This document shows positions 32,963 to 42,626 of a DNA stretch of 64,000 nucleotides, in pieces (the stretch's first letter is position 1; each line of letters starts with the position of its first letter). The stretch comes from an uncultured Acidimicrobiia bacterium (GTDB taxonomy: Bacteria; Actinomycetota; Acidimicrobiia; Spongiisociales; JAOTWH01), in contig CAXMQS010000030.1 of assembly GCA_964195995.1 (NCBI GenBank), positions 33,861 through 97,860 of the forward strand. Reading direction: 5' to 3'. Made by a program: the position numbers and the translations under genes. The notes beneath the pieces were generated by a model. The model was not told the DNA's origin, ran no database searches, and saw only the letters and a program-made list of their open reading frames with translations.

Positions 32963-34878
32963 TTGTAGCTCCGCTGCTTGAGCTCGATGTTCTCGAATAC
33001 CAGCTTCTCGGTGTGCCGCTTCTGGGGAGTGCCTCGACCCTGCCACTCCCAAGCAGACACCATCGCCCAGTCTTCGTCGTTGCGCAGCGCCTCGCCCTCG
33101 GGGGTTTGGTGCTCGACCCGGAAGTGGCCGCCGCTGGATTCCTCCCTGTCGAGCGCATCGCGGCACATCAGCTCGGCGAGCTCGAAATAGTCCGCAACGC
33201 GGCCTGCCTTCTCCAGGGAGAAGTTGAGGCTTTCGTCATCGCCGAGGACGCGGACATCGGTCCGGAATTCCTCGTGAAGTGCCGGAATCTCGCGGAGCGC
33301 CTTCTCCAGGCCCTGGCGACTGCGAGCCATCCCGCACTGCTCGATCATGATCTTGCCGAGTTCACGGTGGAACCAATCGACCGACCGCGTGCCGCCGATC
33401 GACAGGAGTTCGTTCGTCCGTTCCTTGACATCTGTCTCCGCTTGAGCGAAGGCCGGGTGGTCGGTGGTGACCGCATCGCTTCCCAGCCAGCCGGCCAGGT
33501 AGTCGCCGATGGTGTATGGAAGAACGAAATAGCCGTCGGCCAGCCCCTGCATCAGCGCCGAGGCCCCCAGCCGGTTGGCGCCATGATCCGAGAAGTTGGC
33601 CTCACCGATCGCGTAGAGGCCGGGGGTAGTCGTCATGAGGTTGTAGTCCACCCAGAGACCGCCCATCGTGTAGTGGGGGGCCGGATAGATCCTCATCGGA
33701 ACCTCATAGGGGTTCTCGTCTGTGATGCGCTCGTACATCTCGAAGAGGTTGCCGTAGCGCTGGCGGATGGTGTCCTCGCCGACGCGCTTGATGGAGTCGG
33801 CGAAGTCGAGGAAGACGCCGTTCTGGAGGGGCCCGACGCCACGGTTCTCCTCCATCATCCGCTCGGCGGCGCGCGAAGCGACGTCGCGGGGGACGAGGTT
33901 GCCGAAGGCCGGATAGATCCGTTCCAGGTAGTAGTCGCGCTCCGACTCGGGTATGTCGCCAGCGGCTCGCCTGTCGTCAGGCTCCTGGGGCACCCAGATG
34001 CGCCCGTCGTTGCGGAGAGACTCGCTCATCAGGGTGAGCTTCGACTGGAAGTCGTCGCTTGCCGGGATGCACGTCGGATGGATCTGGGTGAAGCTGGGGT
34101 TGGCAAAGGCGGCCCCCTTGCGATGTGCCCTCCAGATAGCCGTCACGTTCGACTTGCGTGCCATCGTCGACAAGAAGTAGACGTTGGCGTATCCGCCGGT
34201 GGCAAGCACGACAGCGTGGGCCGAGTGTGACTCGATCTCGCCTGTCACCAGATCCCTTGTCACGATGCCGACTGCCCGCCCATCGACCTGGACCACATCG
34301 AGCATCTCGGATCTGGTGTGTAGCTCAACGTTGCCGAGGCCAACCTGGCGGCTCAGGGCCTGGTAGGCGCCGAGTAGCAGCTGCTGGCCGGTCTGACCTC
34401 TGGCGTAGAACGTTCTCGAGACCTGGACCCCACCGAACGAGCGGTTGTCAAGCAGCCCCCCGTACTCCCTGGCGAAGGGGACACCCTGGGCGACGCACTG
34501 GTCGATGATCTCGGTGCTCACCTGCGCCAGTCGGTACACGTTGGCCTCGCGAGAGCGATAGTCACCGCCCTTGACCGTGTCATAGAACAGCCGGTAGGTG
34601 CTATCGCCGTCGCCGCGGTAGTTCTTGGCGGCGTTTATGCCGCCCTGGGCTGCGATGCTGTGGGCCCGTCGAGCCGAGTCGTGATACGTGTAGGCCTTCA
34701 CGTGGTAGCCGAGTTCTGCCAGGGTCGCCGCGGCCGACGCACCGGCAAGGCCGGTACCGACGACGATAACCGAGAACTTGCGCTTGTTCGTTGGGGCAAC
34801 GAGATTGATGGCAGCCCGATGGCTATCCCACTTGTCGGCAAGCGCACCTAGCGGGATCTTGGCGTCGAGGTTTATCAC
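32959..34878 (-). CDS. sdhA: Succinate dehydrogenase/fumarate reductase flavoprotein
   Basis: [34 protein letters not shown]; GTG at 34878. Confidence 0.95.
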   Translation of the reverse strand: MINLDAKIPLGALADKWDSHRAAINLVAPTNKRKFSVIVVGTGLAGASAAATLAELGYHVKAYTYHDSARRAHSIAAQGGINAAKNYRGDGDSTYRLFYDTVKGGDYRSREANVYRLAQVSTEIIDQCVAQGVPFAREYGGLLDNRSFGGVQVSRTFYARGQTGQQLLLGAYQALSRQVGLGNVELHTRSEMLDVVQVDGRAVGIVTRDLVTGEIESHSAHAVVLATGGYANVYFLSTMARKSNVTAIWRAHRKGAAFANPSFTQIHPTCIPASDDFQSKLTLMSESLRNDGRIWVPQEPDDRRAAGDIPESERDYYLERIYPAFGNLVPRDVASRAAERMMEENRGVGPLQNGVFLDFADSIKRVGEDTIRQRYGNLFEMYERITDENPYEVPMRIYPAPHYTMGGLWVDYNLMTTTPGLYAIGEANFSDHGANRLGASALMQGLADGYFVLPYTIGDYLAGWLGSDAVTTDHPAFAQAETDVKERTNELLSIGGTRSVDWFHRELGKIMIEQCGMARSRQGLEKALREIPALHEEFRTDVRVLGDDESLNFSLEKAGRVADYFELAELMCRDALDREESSGGHFRVEHQTPEGEALRNDEDWAMVSAWEWQGRGTPQKRHTEKLVFENIELKQRSYK

Positions 34879-35591
34879 TCGATCACCCCGGACAGCACCA
34901 TGATGGGGAATAACACGTTGCCGAGGACGATGGTGACGGCGAAAGCCTGGGCGAACCACTTGCGCCACTGATTGAAGCGTGGATTGTTGATTCCGATCGA
35001 CTGGAACAAGCTCCAGGCTCCGTGGTAGATGTGGAGCCCAAGCGCAACGTTGGCCACGATGTAGATGGCGGCGACAGGGGCGCGGGAGAAGCTCTCGACC
35101 ATGTTGTGATAGATGTCGCCGCGTACGAAGTCAGGATTCGCCCAACCCCACGTCAGATCGGCCAAGTGGTAGGCGATGAAGAGAAGGACGATGATGCCCG
35201 ACCAGATCATGGTTCGGCTGGCGTAGCTGGCGACCAGGTACTCGCGCTGTGTCTGGTAGCTCACGTCCCCACCCTTACGCCGGTTCTCGAAGGCGAGGGA
35301 GAAAGCGGCGTGGATGTGGATGGCGAAAGCCGCTGTCAGGCCGAAGCGCATGATCCACAGAAGGTGGGTGCGCGGTGCGAGGTGACCTCCGAGGTCACGC
35401 AGCGCCTCCCCGTATTCGTTGATGTCCTCGGGCCCCAGGTAGACCTTGAGGTTCCCTACTAGGTGAAAGATGATGAAGCCGAGGAGGATGACCCCCGATA
35501 TCGCCATCGCCCACTTGCGCCCGATCTGGGATCGATAGAGGTCGAGCAACCAAAAGGAGCGGCGGGTCGAACGTTCACGCGTTGTAGTCAC
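34875..35591 (-). CDS. sdhC: Succinate dehydrogenase cytochrome b subunit (single 5-TM b558 type)
   Basis: His ligands in FHLVGN, IHIH, YHLAD, LHIYHG; first gene of sdhCAB. Confidence 0.92.
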   Translation of the reverse strand: MTTTRERSTRRSFWLLDLYRSQIGRKWAMAISGVILLGFIIFHLVGNLKVYLGPEDINEYGEALRDLGGHLAPRTHLLWIMRFGLTAAFAIHIHAAFSLAFENRRKGGDVSYQTQREYLVASYASRTMIWSGIIVLLFIAYHLADLTWGWANPDFVRGDIYHNMVESFSRAPVAAIYIVANVALGLHIYHGAWSLFQSIGINNPRFNQWRKWFAQAFAVTIVLGNVLFPIMVLSGVIE

Positions 35592-35609
35592 GAATCGGAG
35601 CTTACAGCT

Positions 35610-35640
35610 GAGCTTTGGGCTCTGAGCTTTGCGCTTTGAG
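35610..35640. repeat. Degenerate heptamer repeat
   Basis: GAGCTTT GGGCTCT GAGCTTT GCGCTTT; reverse complement resembles the GCCCAAA family. Confidence 0.6.
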
Positions 35641-35805
35641 ACAAGCGTCGACCGATCCTATTGGCCACTGTGACTCGCTCTGCCTTGGAAAGGACTATCA
35701 AGTCAGGCGTAGTCGATTCGGCTCTTCCCATGATCGGACTGGCCCGGGGGAGGGGACGTTTGGCCCCGTGCAGCTCCCGATTTGTGGCCCACAGCCCTTT
35801 CAGAT

Positions 35806-35851
35806 TTGACTGCGCGCGCGCCTGGGTATAAGTTACATGCTTGTAATTACA
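35806..35851 (+). promoter_or_regulatory. Putative sigma-A promoter of whiB with overlapping palindromes
   Basis: TTGACT-17bp-TAAGTT, followed by TTACA-N4-TGTAA and the perfect palindrome TGTAATTACA. Confidence 0.6.
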
Positions 35852-35873
35852 CGGATGTAGGAGGACCGCAACC

Positions 35874-36161
35874 GTGCTAGAGAAACTTATGGGCGAGGTA
35901 TTCGAGGCCGACCTGTCGTGGCAAGATCTTGCCAATTGCCGGGGTGGTAACGCCGACCTGTTCTTCCCCGAGCGGGGCGCGTCAACACGCACCGCCAAGG
36001 GCATATGCAAGGCGTGCGTCGTGCGCGACGACTGTCTCGAGTTCGCCATTACCAACGGCGAGAAGTTCGGCATCTGGGGCGGCCTTTCGGAGAGAGAGCG
36101 CCGCAAGATCCGCAGAGACCGCCAGATCGCGGCCCAGCTCGAGGAGAGCAAAGTCGGCTGA
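35874..36161 (+). CDS. whiB: WhiB-family Fe-S transcription factor (WhiB/WhiB2-like)
   Basis: W...C...FFPERG...CKAC...C...GIWGGLSERER; AGGAGG RBS. Confidence 0.93.
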   Translation: MLEKLMGEVFEADLSWQDLANCRGGNADLFFPERGASTRTAKGICKACVVRDDCLEFAITNGEKFGIWGGLSERERRKIRRDRQIAAQLEESKVG

Positions 36162-36194
36162 TTGGCGACCTTCCGACCTCCCTACAATCGCTGA

Positions 36195-37088
36195 GTGTTC
36201 GTCTACATAGCTGTCGCTGTTGTTGTCGTTGTCGTCGCCGTCGTGGCATATCGGCTCCTGTCGGCGAATGGCGCGTCCAGGCCGGGTCGAGCGGACGGAT
36301 TCGATGCCCGGCCTCGCGTTGCCGACTTCCACATCCGCGATGATGTCGCCCTGGTTCTTTTCGACGTCGAGCTCGGCGCCCACGTCGAAGACCATGCCGC
36401 CGAGGTTCTGACGGCCGAGGCCGTCGAAGTGGTTCGCGACAAGTCCGAGAGCCTGCCGATCGGACATGTAACAACCGTCGTCGCCCAAGCCAAGGGAGCC
36501 GAAGGTTCGATAGAGGTTGGCAGAGTTCACTTCGAGACCCCCGGCGAGTTGCCGCCGCCGCCGGTGGCTCCTCCGCCTCCTCATGCTTCGAGCGTTGGGT
36601 TTGACCCGCTCGAGGCGTATTCGGAGGGGCTGTCGGGGGCGCCACCGTCGGTCGCCTCTTCACGGCGGGACGACGAGCTCGGACCGGCAGGCATCGACCT
36701 CACTCTGCCTTCGACGTTCGCCGACTCTCTATCCAACACGGGCGTCGACCAGGCGTCGATGTCAGCCGGGGAGGTTGCACTCGAGCTGTTGTCTTCCGTT
36801 GGCTACCGGGTAGCACCAGGACCCAAACCCGACTGCTACATCGCCAATCGCGGTGGAGCGAACACCTACATCTACGTCGTTGGCCTTGGCGACTACCCCG
36901 AGATCGAGTCGCGGCACATCAACTCCTTCATGGTTGACTTCCTGGCATCGAAGGCGGAACGCGGTCTGCTGATATCAGATAGGTATGGGCCGTTCGAGGT
37001 GTACGACCGGGAGAAGCGCGAACCCAGGGTTCGTTTCGTTACTCGGGAGCGGCTCCAGGGCTTCGTAGACGCCCTGACTGTTTCCTAG
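36195..37088 (+). CDS. Membrane-anchored hypothetical protein with C-terminal Mrr/restriction-endonuclease-like domain
   Basis: N-terminal TM, Pro-rich linker, C-terminal LLSSVGYRV...D...AERGLLIS...VRFVTRERL pattern. Confidence 0.55.
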   Translation: MFVYIAVAVVVVVVAVVAYRLLSANGASRPGRADGFDARPRVADFHIRDDVALVLFDVELGAHVEDHAAEVLTAEAVEVVRDKSESLPIGHVTTVVAQAKGAEGSIEVGRVHFETPGELPPPPVAPPPPHASSVGFDPLEAYSEGLSGAPPSVASSRRDDELGPAGIDLTLPSTFADSLSNTGVDQASMSAGEVALELLSSVGYRVAPGPKPDCYIANRGGANTYIYVVGLGDYPEIESRHINSFMVDFLASKAERGLLISDRYGPFEVYDREKREPRVRFVTRERLQGFVDALTVS

Positions 37089-37146
37089 CGCACGCCACGC
37101 GGCGCCGGAGTGACCCTCGGGTATCATCGATGTCAAAAGGAGCTCT

Positions 37147-37329
37147 ATGTTCGCTGCTGGAATCGGCACGGGAGAGATCATTGTCATCGTTGCGGTTGTC
37201 GTGCTTCTCTTCGGCGCAACGAAGCTGCCTCAGCTAGCTCGGTCACTCGGCGCCTCGGCGCGCGAGTTCCGCAAAGGGGTTGACGAGGGCGTGGACCCCG
37301 AAGACGAAGAGACGTCGGCGCAAACCTGA
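37147..37329 (+). CDS. tatA: Twin-arginine translocase TatA/E
   Basis: EIIVIVAVVVLLFGATKLPQLARSLG..REFRKG. Confidence 0.92.
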   Translation: MFAAGIGTGEIIVIVAVVVLLFGATKLPQLARSLGASAREFRKGVDEGVDPEDEETSAQT

Positions 37330-37377
37330 CGATTCGGGAACTCGAATCGTCCGTCCGGGCGTTGGTAGGTAAGGCAA

Positions 37378-37878
37378 GTGCCTGACCAAGAGATACCTAC
37401 CTGGGAAGAGGTAGCACGCCGCGATGGCCGCAAGATCTACAACTTCGCATACCGGCTCACCGGAAACCCCGACGATGCCAAAGACCTGGCTCAAGAGGTC
37501 CTGCTGCGCGTTCGCAAGGGTCTCCGCACCTACACGCCCGGCTCATTCGACGGCTGGCTATGGCGCATCACCCGCAATGCCTTCCTCGACCAGGTCCGCT
37601 ATCGCAAGCGGCGCCCAGAATCAGCGCTTCCCGAGGATGACAGGGGTGTCGGCCCCTCGGCGCCTCCGCCCGATGAGGTCCTCGACTCTGTCCGGCTCTC
37701 AGACGAGGTCCAGGCGGCACTCGTTGAGCTCCCCTACGAATTCCGCGAGGCGGTCGTGATGGCAGATGTCGTCGGCCTCAGCTACGAAGAGATCGCAGAA
37801 GCCGCGGATATTCCGGTTGGCACGGTTCGTAGCCGCATCCACCGTGGTCGCAAGATGCTGAAGGAGCGCCTGTCGTGA
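37378..37878 (+). CDS. ECF sigma factor (SigE-like)
   Basis: DAKDLAQE, WLWRITRN, SYEEIA, GTVRSRIHRGR. Confidence 0.92.
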   Translation: MPDQEIPTWEEVARRDGRKIYNFAYRLTGNPDDAKDLAQEVLLRVRKGLRTYTPGSFDGWLWRITRNAFLDQVRYRKRRPESALPEDDRGVGPSAPPPDEVLDSVRLSDEVQAALVELPYEFREAVVMADVVGLSYEEIAEAADIPVGTVRSRIHRGRKMLKERLS

Positions 37879-38603
37879 CACATCCCGGCGACCTTCTCTC
37901 CGCATATCTCGATGATGAGCTCAACGACGATGAGCGCGCTGCCGTGGCCGCTCATCTTCAGACCTGCGGCGACTGCAGGGACGAGTTGACTGCCGTCCAG
38001 TCGGCGGCGGTCGCGATCCGCTCGCTTCCTGCGCTGGACGCCCCGCCAGGTCTGGTGCCGGCGCCTGCAGCGTGGAGGAAACGGCGTCGTTGGCAGACGC
38101 TGGGCGCCGCCACCGCCGGCGTAGCGGCGATCGTCACGCTCGTTGTTGGCTTCGCCGTCATCGGCGACAGCGACGAGCCACCTCTCGTTGCTGCGGACAC
38201 TGTTCCCGCAGCCCTTCCCGGTCTCGACCGTGTGCTCGCCGGCGACAGCTCCGTGAATGGCCAACAACGGGTGCAGGCCCTAGAGGCGGCCTTTCGCACC
38301 ATGGACGGTGTCGAGGAGATGGAGATGGCTGCCGACGAGATGTCGGCCGATGTCGAAGTCATGATGCACGACGAGTCCATGTATATCAGGGCTGGCATGT
38401 GGGACGGCGTGGCTGCGGAGTACCTAGCCGTCATGACACCAGCCGAAGGAGTGATCGGCCTGTTCTTTGCCGCTGAGGACGGGATACCGATGGCTTTCTT
38501 CTACTGCGAACACAGCTGGTATCGCGTTCACACCGGCTCGGGCCAAGCACCCCCAGTCTCCTCGGTCACGGCTCTGCGGGGCGCCCTCGGCTGCGAGAGC
38601 TGA
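37875..38603 (+). CDS. Zinc-binding (ZAS, zf-HC2) transmembrane anti-sigma factor
   Basis: LLSAYLDDEL, HLQTCGDC, one TM segment; overlaps the sigma stop. Confidence 0.85.
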   Translation: MTHPGDLLSAYLDDELNDDERAAVAAHLQTCGDCRDELTAVQSAAVAIRSLPALDAPPGLVPAPAAWRKRRRWQTLGAATAGVAAIVTLVVGFAVIGDSDEPPLVAADTVPAALPGLDRVLAGDSSVNGQQRVQALEAAFRTMDGVEEMEMAADEMSADVEVMMHDESMYIRAGMWDGVAAEYLAVMTPAEGVIGLFFAAEDGIPMAFFYCEHSWYRVHTGSGQAPPVSSVTALRGALGCES

Positions 38604-38730
38604 CCTGCTGGCTAGCGGCCGGCAGCGGCCGCAACAATGTCGAGGCGGTAGCCGACTCCTCGTACCGCCTCGATGACAGGAGCGCCCTTCGCGGCCACGA
38701 TGTCGGCCTAGACGATGAGGATCCGGAGCA

Positions 38731-39954
38731 TCAGCCCGAGAACGGAGGAAGGCGCAGCGTGAAGGTGGAGCCGCTGCCTTCCTCGGACGAGACCGAAACC
38801 TCGCCGCCGTGGTTGATGGCGACGTGGCGAACTATCGCAAGCCCGAGGCCCGTCCCACCCGTCTCGCGGCTGCGGGCCTTGTCCACTCGATAGAACCTCT
38901 CGAAGATCCGATCCAGATGGGACTCGGAGATCCCGATCCCTTCGTCCCTCACCTCTATCGACACCCAGTCATCGTCCACGGTGACCCTGACCCTGACCTT
39001 GCCGGCGTCCGTTTCCTTGACCGCTGTGTACTTGACAGCGTTGTCGAGCAGGTTGGTGACGGCGGTAACAACCTGGCGGCGGTCACCCGCGACGAAGGCG
39101 TCTGCTGGGACAGGCTCGGTGAAGAGGACTACACCTGCGGCTTCGGCCGCTAGTTGGACTTGACTGGCTGCATCTGAGATGACGTCAGAGATGGCTATGG
39201 GCGCTGGTGCCGCCGCGAACGACTCGACCTGAGCCAGATCGAGTATGTCATCGACGAGCTTTGATATGCGTCGCGATTCCTGGGACAGCCTCTCGCCGAG
39301 ACGCGTACGAACAGCTTCGTCATCGCTGTCGGCGATCGTCTCGGCAAGAACCGATAAGGCCCCAAGCGGCGTCTTCAGCTCGTGGCCGACATTCGCGATG
39401 AAGTCCCGACGGATGGCGTTGGTACGGCGTTGGTCGGTGACATCCTCGATGAAGACTACGGCCCCGACGCTTTCCACGCCGAATTCGAGCGGAGCCGCAT
39501 ACAGGCGGAGGACACGGCGAACCGGCTGGAAAGCCTCGAACTCAGATTCCGTGGGAGCTCTGGTCAGGACCACCGAGTCGATCAGTTCTTTGATGGGGCC
39601 GTCGTCAACCTGTTCCCCGTGGAGGACGCCGACGAAGTCAGTGGCTGCCGGGTTGACGAAGGTGACCGTGCCGGAGTCGTCAGTGGCGGCAACTCCGAAC
39701 TGTGCGGCCTCGAGGGAACCGACGAGCTGAGCCCGCTCGCGTTCTGCCCTGGCGAGATAACGCTCGATGCGCTCGACGCCTGCGGTGAGCGCAGCCTCGC
39801 CTTCGTGCTGAGAATTGGCTCCGATGCGCCGCGTGGCTCGATCGATAGCGGCCGCCATCGATCGGTTGCGGCTCCACAGATAGAAGAGGCCAACGGCCAG
39901 CGCGACGACGAGGACGACGAGCAGTGTGATGATCACGGCGCGCAGGATATCCAA
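38731..39954 (-). CDS. Sensor histidine kinase, SenX3/PhoR-like
   Basis: RRDFIANVGHELKTP, NLLDNAVKY, DEGIGI, RFYRVDKARSRETGGTGLGL; PAS-like region. Confidence 0.9.
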   Translation of the reverse strand: MDILRAVIITLLVVLVVALAVGLFYLWSRNRSMAAAIDRATRRIGANSQHEGEAALTAGVERIERYLARAERERAQLVGSLEAAQFGVAATDDSGTVTFVNPAATDFVGVLHGEQVDDGPIKELIDSVVLTRAPTESEFEAFQPVRRVLRLYAAPLEFGVESVGAVVFIEDVTDQRRTNAIRRDFIANVGHELKTPLGALSVLAETIADSDDEAVRTRLGERLSQESRRISKLVDDILDLAQVESFAAAPAPIAISDVISDAASQVQLAAEAAGVVLFTEPVPADAFVAGDRRQVVTAVTNLLDNAVKYTAVKETDAGKVRVRVTVDDDWVSIEVRDEGIGISESHLDRIFERFYRVDKARSRETGGTGLGLAIVRHVAINHGGEVSVSSEEGSGSTFTLRLPPFSG

Positions 39955-39985
39955 CGACCCGGTGAGCCGATGGCAGGCGTCAAGA

Positions 39986-40007
39986 GTTCACCCTCCCGTC
40001 ACATAGC
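39986..40007 (+). promoter_or_regulatory. Possible PHO-box-like 11-bp direct repeat
   Basis: GTTCACCCTCC / CGTCACATAGC between the kinase and the Na/Pi symporter. Confidence 0.4.
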
Positions 40008-40039
40008 GGACCGCGTGGCATCGACCGTGTCCAGTAGCT

Positions 40040-41188
40040 TTGCGTGCGAGCGTGCAAACTTCATCGAAAGACCGCTTAACGATTCCCACCCCGGTGCGGG
40101 CGGTGCTGGTCGTCACCCTGCTCTACCTGTTCCTCGTCGGCGTCAAGTTGCTCGAGGGTGGAATCAAGGGGCTGGGCTCGGACATCCAGGAGACCCTCTT
40201 TCAGGGTGTCTCCAATCCGATAGCCGGGCTCTGCGTTGGGATCCTCGGCACCGTCTTGGTGCAGTCGTCGTCGGTGTCGACCAGCACCATTGTTGGCCTG
40301 GTAGCCGCTGGGGTCATCGACGTTTCCTCTGCGGTGCCGATGATCATGGGAGCCAACATCGGTACCACCGTGACCAACTCCCTCGTGGCGCTTGCTCACG
40401 TGCGCAACACCGAAGAGTTCCGGTTGGCGTTCACTGCCGCCACGATGCACGACTTCTTCAATTTCATCGCCGTCGCCGTTCTCTTGCCTCTGGAACTGAC
40501 CACCAAGTTCCTGTCGGGAACTGCTGAGTGGATCAGCGAGGCCCTCACGGGGAGCGAAGGTCTGGGTGGCAGTTTCGACAGCCCTATCAAGGGGGCGGTG
40601 AAGTGGCTGGCAGACATCGTCGAGGACGGCGTGGACGCGGTGTTCTCGGGTGAGACGCTGGCTGCCGTCATTGGCATTGTCATCGGTATCGGGTTCATCT
40701 TTCTGACTCTGGCCTTCATCACGAAGAACATGCGCCTACTCGTCGCCGATCGGATCGAACGGTCGTTGAACGCGGCGCTGGCTCGCTCCGGGCTCATCGG
40801 AATGGCCGTTGGCATGCTTGTCACCTTCGCCGTTCAGTCTTCGAGTATCACCACTTCGATCCTGGTTCCGATCGTGGCTTCAGGGGTGCTGTTGGTCCGC
40901 AACGCCTATCCCATCACGCTCGGGGCCAATATCGGGACCACGGTCACGGCGCTGCTCGCGGCCTTAGGTGCCGGCGCTGTCGATGGGCTGACGATCGCCC
41001 TTACCCACACCCTCTTCAACGTGGTGGCGATCGCCCTGTTCTACCCTCTTCCACAGATCCGATACATCCCCGTCCAGGCTGCCGAGTGGCTGGCTGGACA
41101 AGCGATGGCCGCCAAGCGGTGGGCGTTCGCCTACCTCCTCGGGATGTTCGTGGTCCTACCCCTCCTCGGTATTGTCATCCTCAGATAG
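40040..41188 (+). CDS. Na+/phosphate symporter (NptA/SLC34 family)
   Basis: Duplicated QSSS and GANIGTT motifs; start uncertain. Confidence 0.92.
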   Translation: MRASVQTSSKDRLTIPTPVRAVLVVTLLYLFLVGVKLLEGGIKGLGSDIQETLFQGVSNPIAGLCVGILGTVLVQSSSVSTSTIVGLVAAGVIDVSSAVPMIMGANIGTTVTNSLVALAHVRNTEEFRLAFTAATMHDFFNFIAVAVLLPLELTTKFLSGTAEWISEALTGSEGLGGSFDSPIKGAVKWLADIVEDGVDAVFSGETLAAVIGIVIGIGFIFLTLAFITKNMRLLVADRIERSLNAALARSGLIGMAVGMLVTFAVQSSSITTSILVPIVASGVLLVRNAYPITLGANIGTTVTALLAALGAGAVDGLTIALTHTLFNVVAIALFYPLPQIRYIPVQAAEWLAGQAMAAKRWAFAYLLGMFVVLPLLGIVILR

Positions 41189-41197
41189 GAGCTCGTC

Positions 41198-41869
41198 ATG
41201 GTCATGGATTTCTTCAGGGGAACATCGGATACGAGGCTCGACGAGGTCGAGGCCGTTCTCGTCGGCATGGTCCGCAAGGGGAAGGACGTATTCGATGCCG
41301 CTGCTACGACCGTGTTCGGTGGGCGCGCAACCAAGAAGGTGAAGGAGGACGTCAAGGGCACCGACCGCACCATCAACCGGGATCAACGAGAGGTGCGGCG
41401 GTTGCTCATGGTCCACGCCTCGGTCAACCCGAGTTTCGACATGCCGATGGTCCTGTCCTACATGAGCATCGTCAAGGACGCAGAACGAATCGGCGACAAT
41501 GCCAAGAACATCTATGACCTCGCTAGGTACGGAGCCGACTTTCAGGGCGCCGACGACTTCGAAGAGCTCAGCGGATACAAGGATGCGGTGTCACGGCTGA
41601 TCGCTGAAGCTGCGGACGTGTTCGAAGCCCGCGATACCGATAGAGCGGCGCAGCTCATCGAGAAGGCTGACGGATTCCTCGATCAATATGACGCTCAAGT
41701 CAAGGCCGCTTTCGATCACGATGGCCCAGCGTCGGAGGCTGTGCCCCGGGCTCTGTACTTCCGCTATCTCAAGCGCATAACCGCGCACACCATGAACATG
41801 CTGACCTCCCTGGTAATGCCCCTCGACCGCCTCGATTACTACGACGAGGCAAAAGGGGACCGGGGGTAA
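41198..41869 (+). CDS. PhoU-domain protein
   Basis: DRTIN, KDAERIGDNAKNI, YLKRITAH; follows the symporter. Confidence 0.82.
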   Translation: MVMDFFRGTSDTRLDEVEAVLVGMVRKGKDVFDAAATTVFGGRATKKVKEDVKGTDRTINRDQREVRRLLMVHASVNPSFDMPMVLSYMSIVKDAERIGDNAKNIYDLARYGADFQGADDFEELSGYKDAVSRLIAEAADVFEARDTDRAAQLIEKADGFLDQYDAQVKAAFDHDGPASEAVPRALYFRYLKRITAHTMNMLTSLVMPLDRLDYYDEAKGDRG

Positions 41870-41870
41870 T

Positions 41871-42063
41871 CCTCCCCCTTCAGGGGGAGGTGGCCCAGCG
41901 AAGCGAGGTAGCAGCGGGCGCTGGCCAAGGGCCAGCACAGCTGAGGCGACGACCGGCCTGAGTAAGGCCGGTAAGGAGCCGACGCCGCCAACGGCGGAAG
42001 GGCGGGGCCAGCTCATCCGCCCGAGTGTTCAAACGGGGGCGCTGGCCAAAGGCCAGCACAGCT
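41871..42063. repeat. REP-like hairpin plus 27-bp hairpin-bearing direct repeats
   Basis: CCTCCCCC-TTCA-GGGGGAGG at 41871; GGGCGCTGGCCAARGGCCAGCACAGCT at 41916 and 42037. Confidence 0.7.
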
Positions 42064-42068
42064 CTTGT

Positions 42069-42527
42069 CTAGGCGATCACGGCCAGTGCCTGCTCGTATA
42101 GGGCGTGCTCACGGGGGGTTCCGAGATCCGGCGACGAGATCACATCTCTGACGATGCCGTCAGTATCGAGCACGAAGGTGGTCCTGTTGGCCGCCCCCAC
42201 CTTGTCGTTGAAGACGCCGTAGGCCTTGACGACCTCGCCGTGGGGCCAGAAGTCAGAGAGGATGGGGAACTCGAAACCGTTCTTCTCCGCCCAGGCTGCG
42301 TTCGAAGGAATTGGAGTGGTCGTGACGACAACGACGTTGGCGTCCATGTCATTGAGGTCGGCCAGGCTGTCGCGCAGCAGGCACAGCTCGCCTTCGCAGA
42401 TGCCGGTGAACGGGAACGGGATGAAGACGAGCAGGGTCTTGCTTCCCCTGAAGTCGTCGAGGGATATCTCGGCCTTGTCGATGTTGCGGAGTGTGAAGGG
42501 GGGTGCTGGCTGGCCGACTTCGATCAT
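42069..42527 (-). CDS. Peroxiredoxin (AhpE/AhpC-TSA family)
   Basis: PFPFTGICEGELC, LSDFWPHG, RTTFVLD. Confidence 0.9.
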   Translation of the reverse strand: MIEVGQPAPPFTLRNIDKAEISLDDFRGSKTLLVFIPFPFTGICEGELCLLRDSLADLNDMDANVVVVTTTPIPSNAAWAEKNGFEFPILSDFWPHGEVVKAYGVFNDKVGAANRTTFVLDTDGIVRDVISSPDLGTPREHALYEQALAVIA

Positions 42528-42626
42528 TCAGGGACCTCTTTGGTGATTGCAGGTGTTGGGTATCTGAGGTTAGAAGTCCGAACGACCTGCGTTCATTCCC
42601 GGGCATCCGCCGCACAGGGAGGCCGA

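Noticed and set aside
41916-42063. Mini CRISPR array
   Set aside because: Only two repeats, a 94-nt spacer and no cas genes
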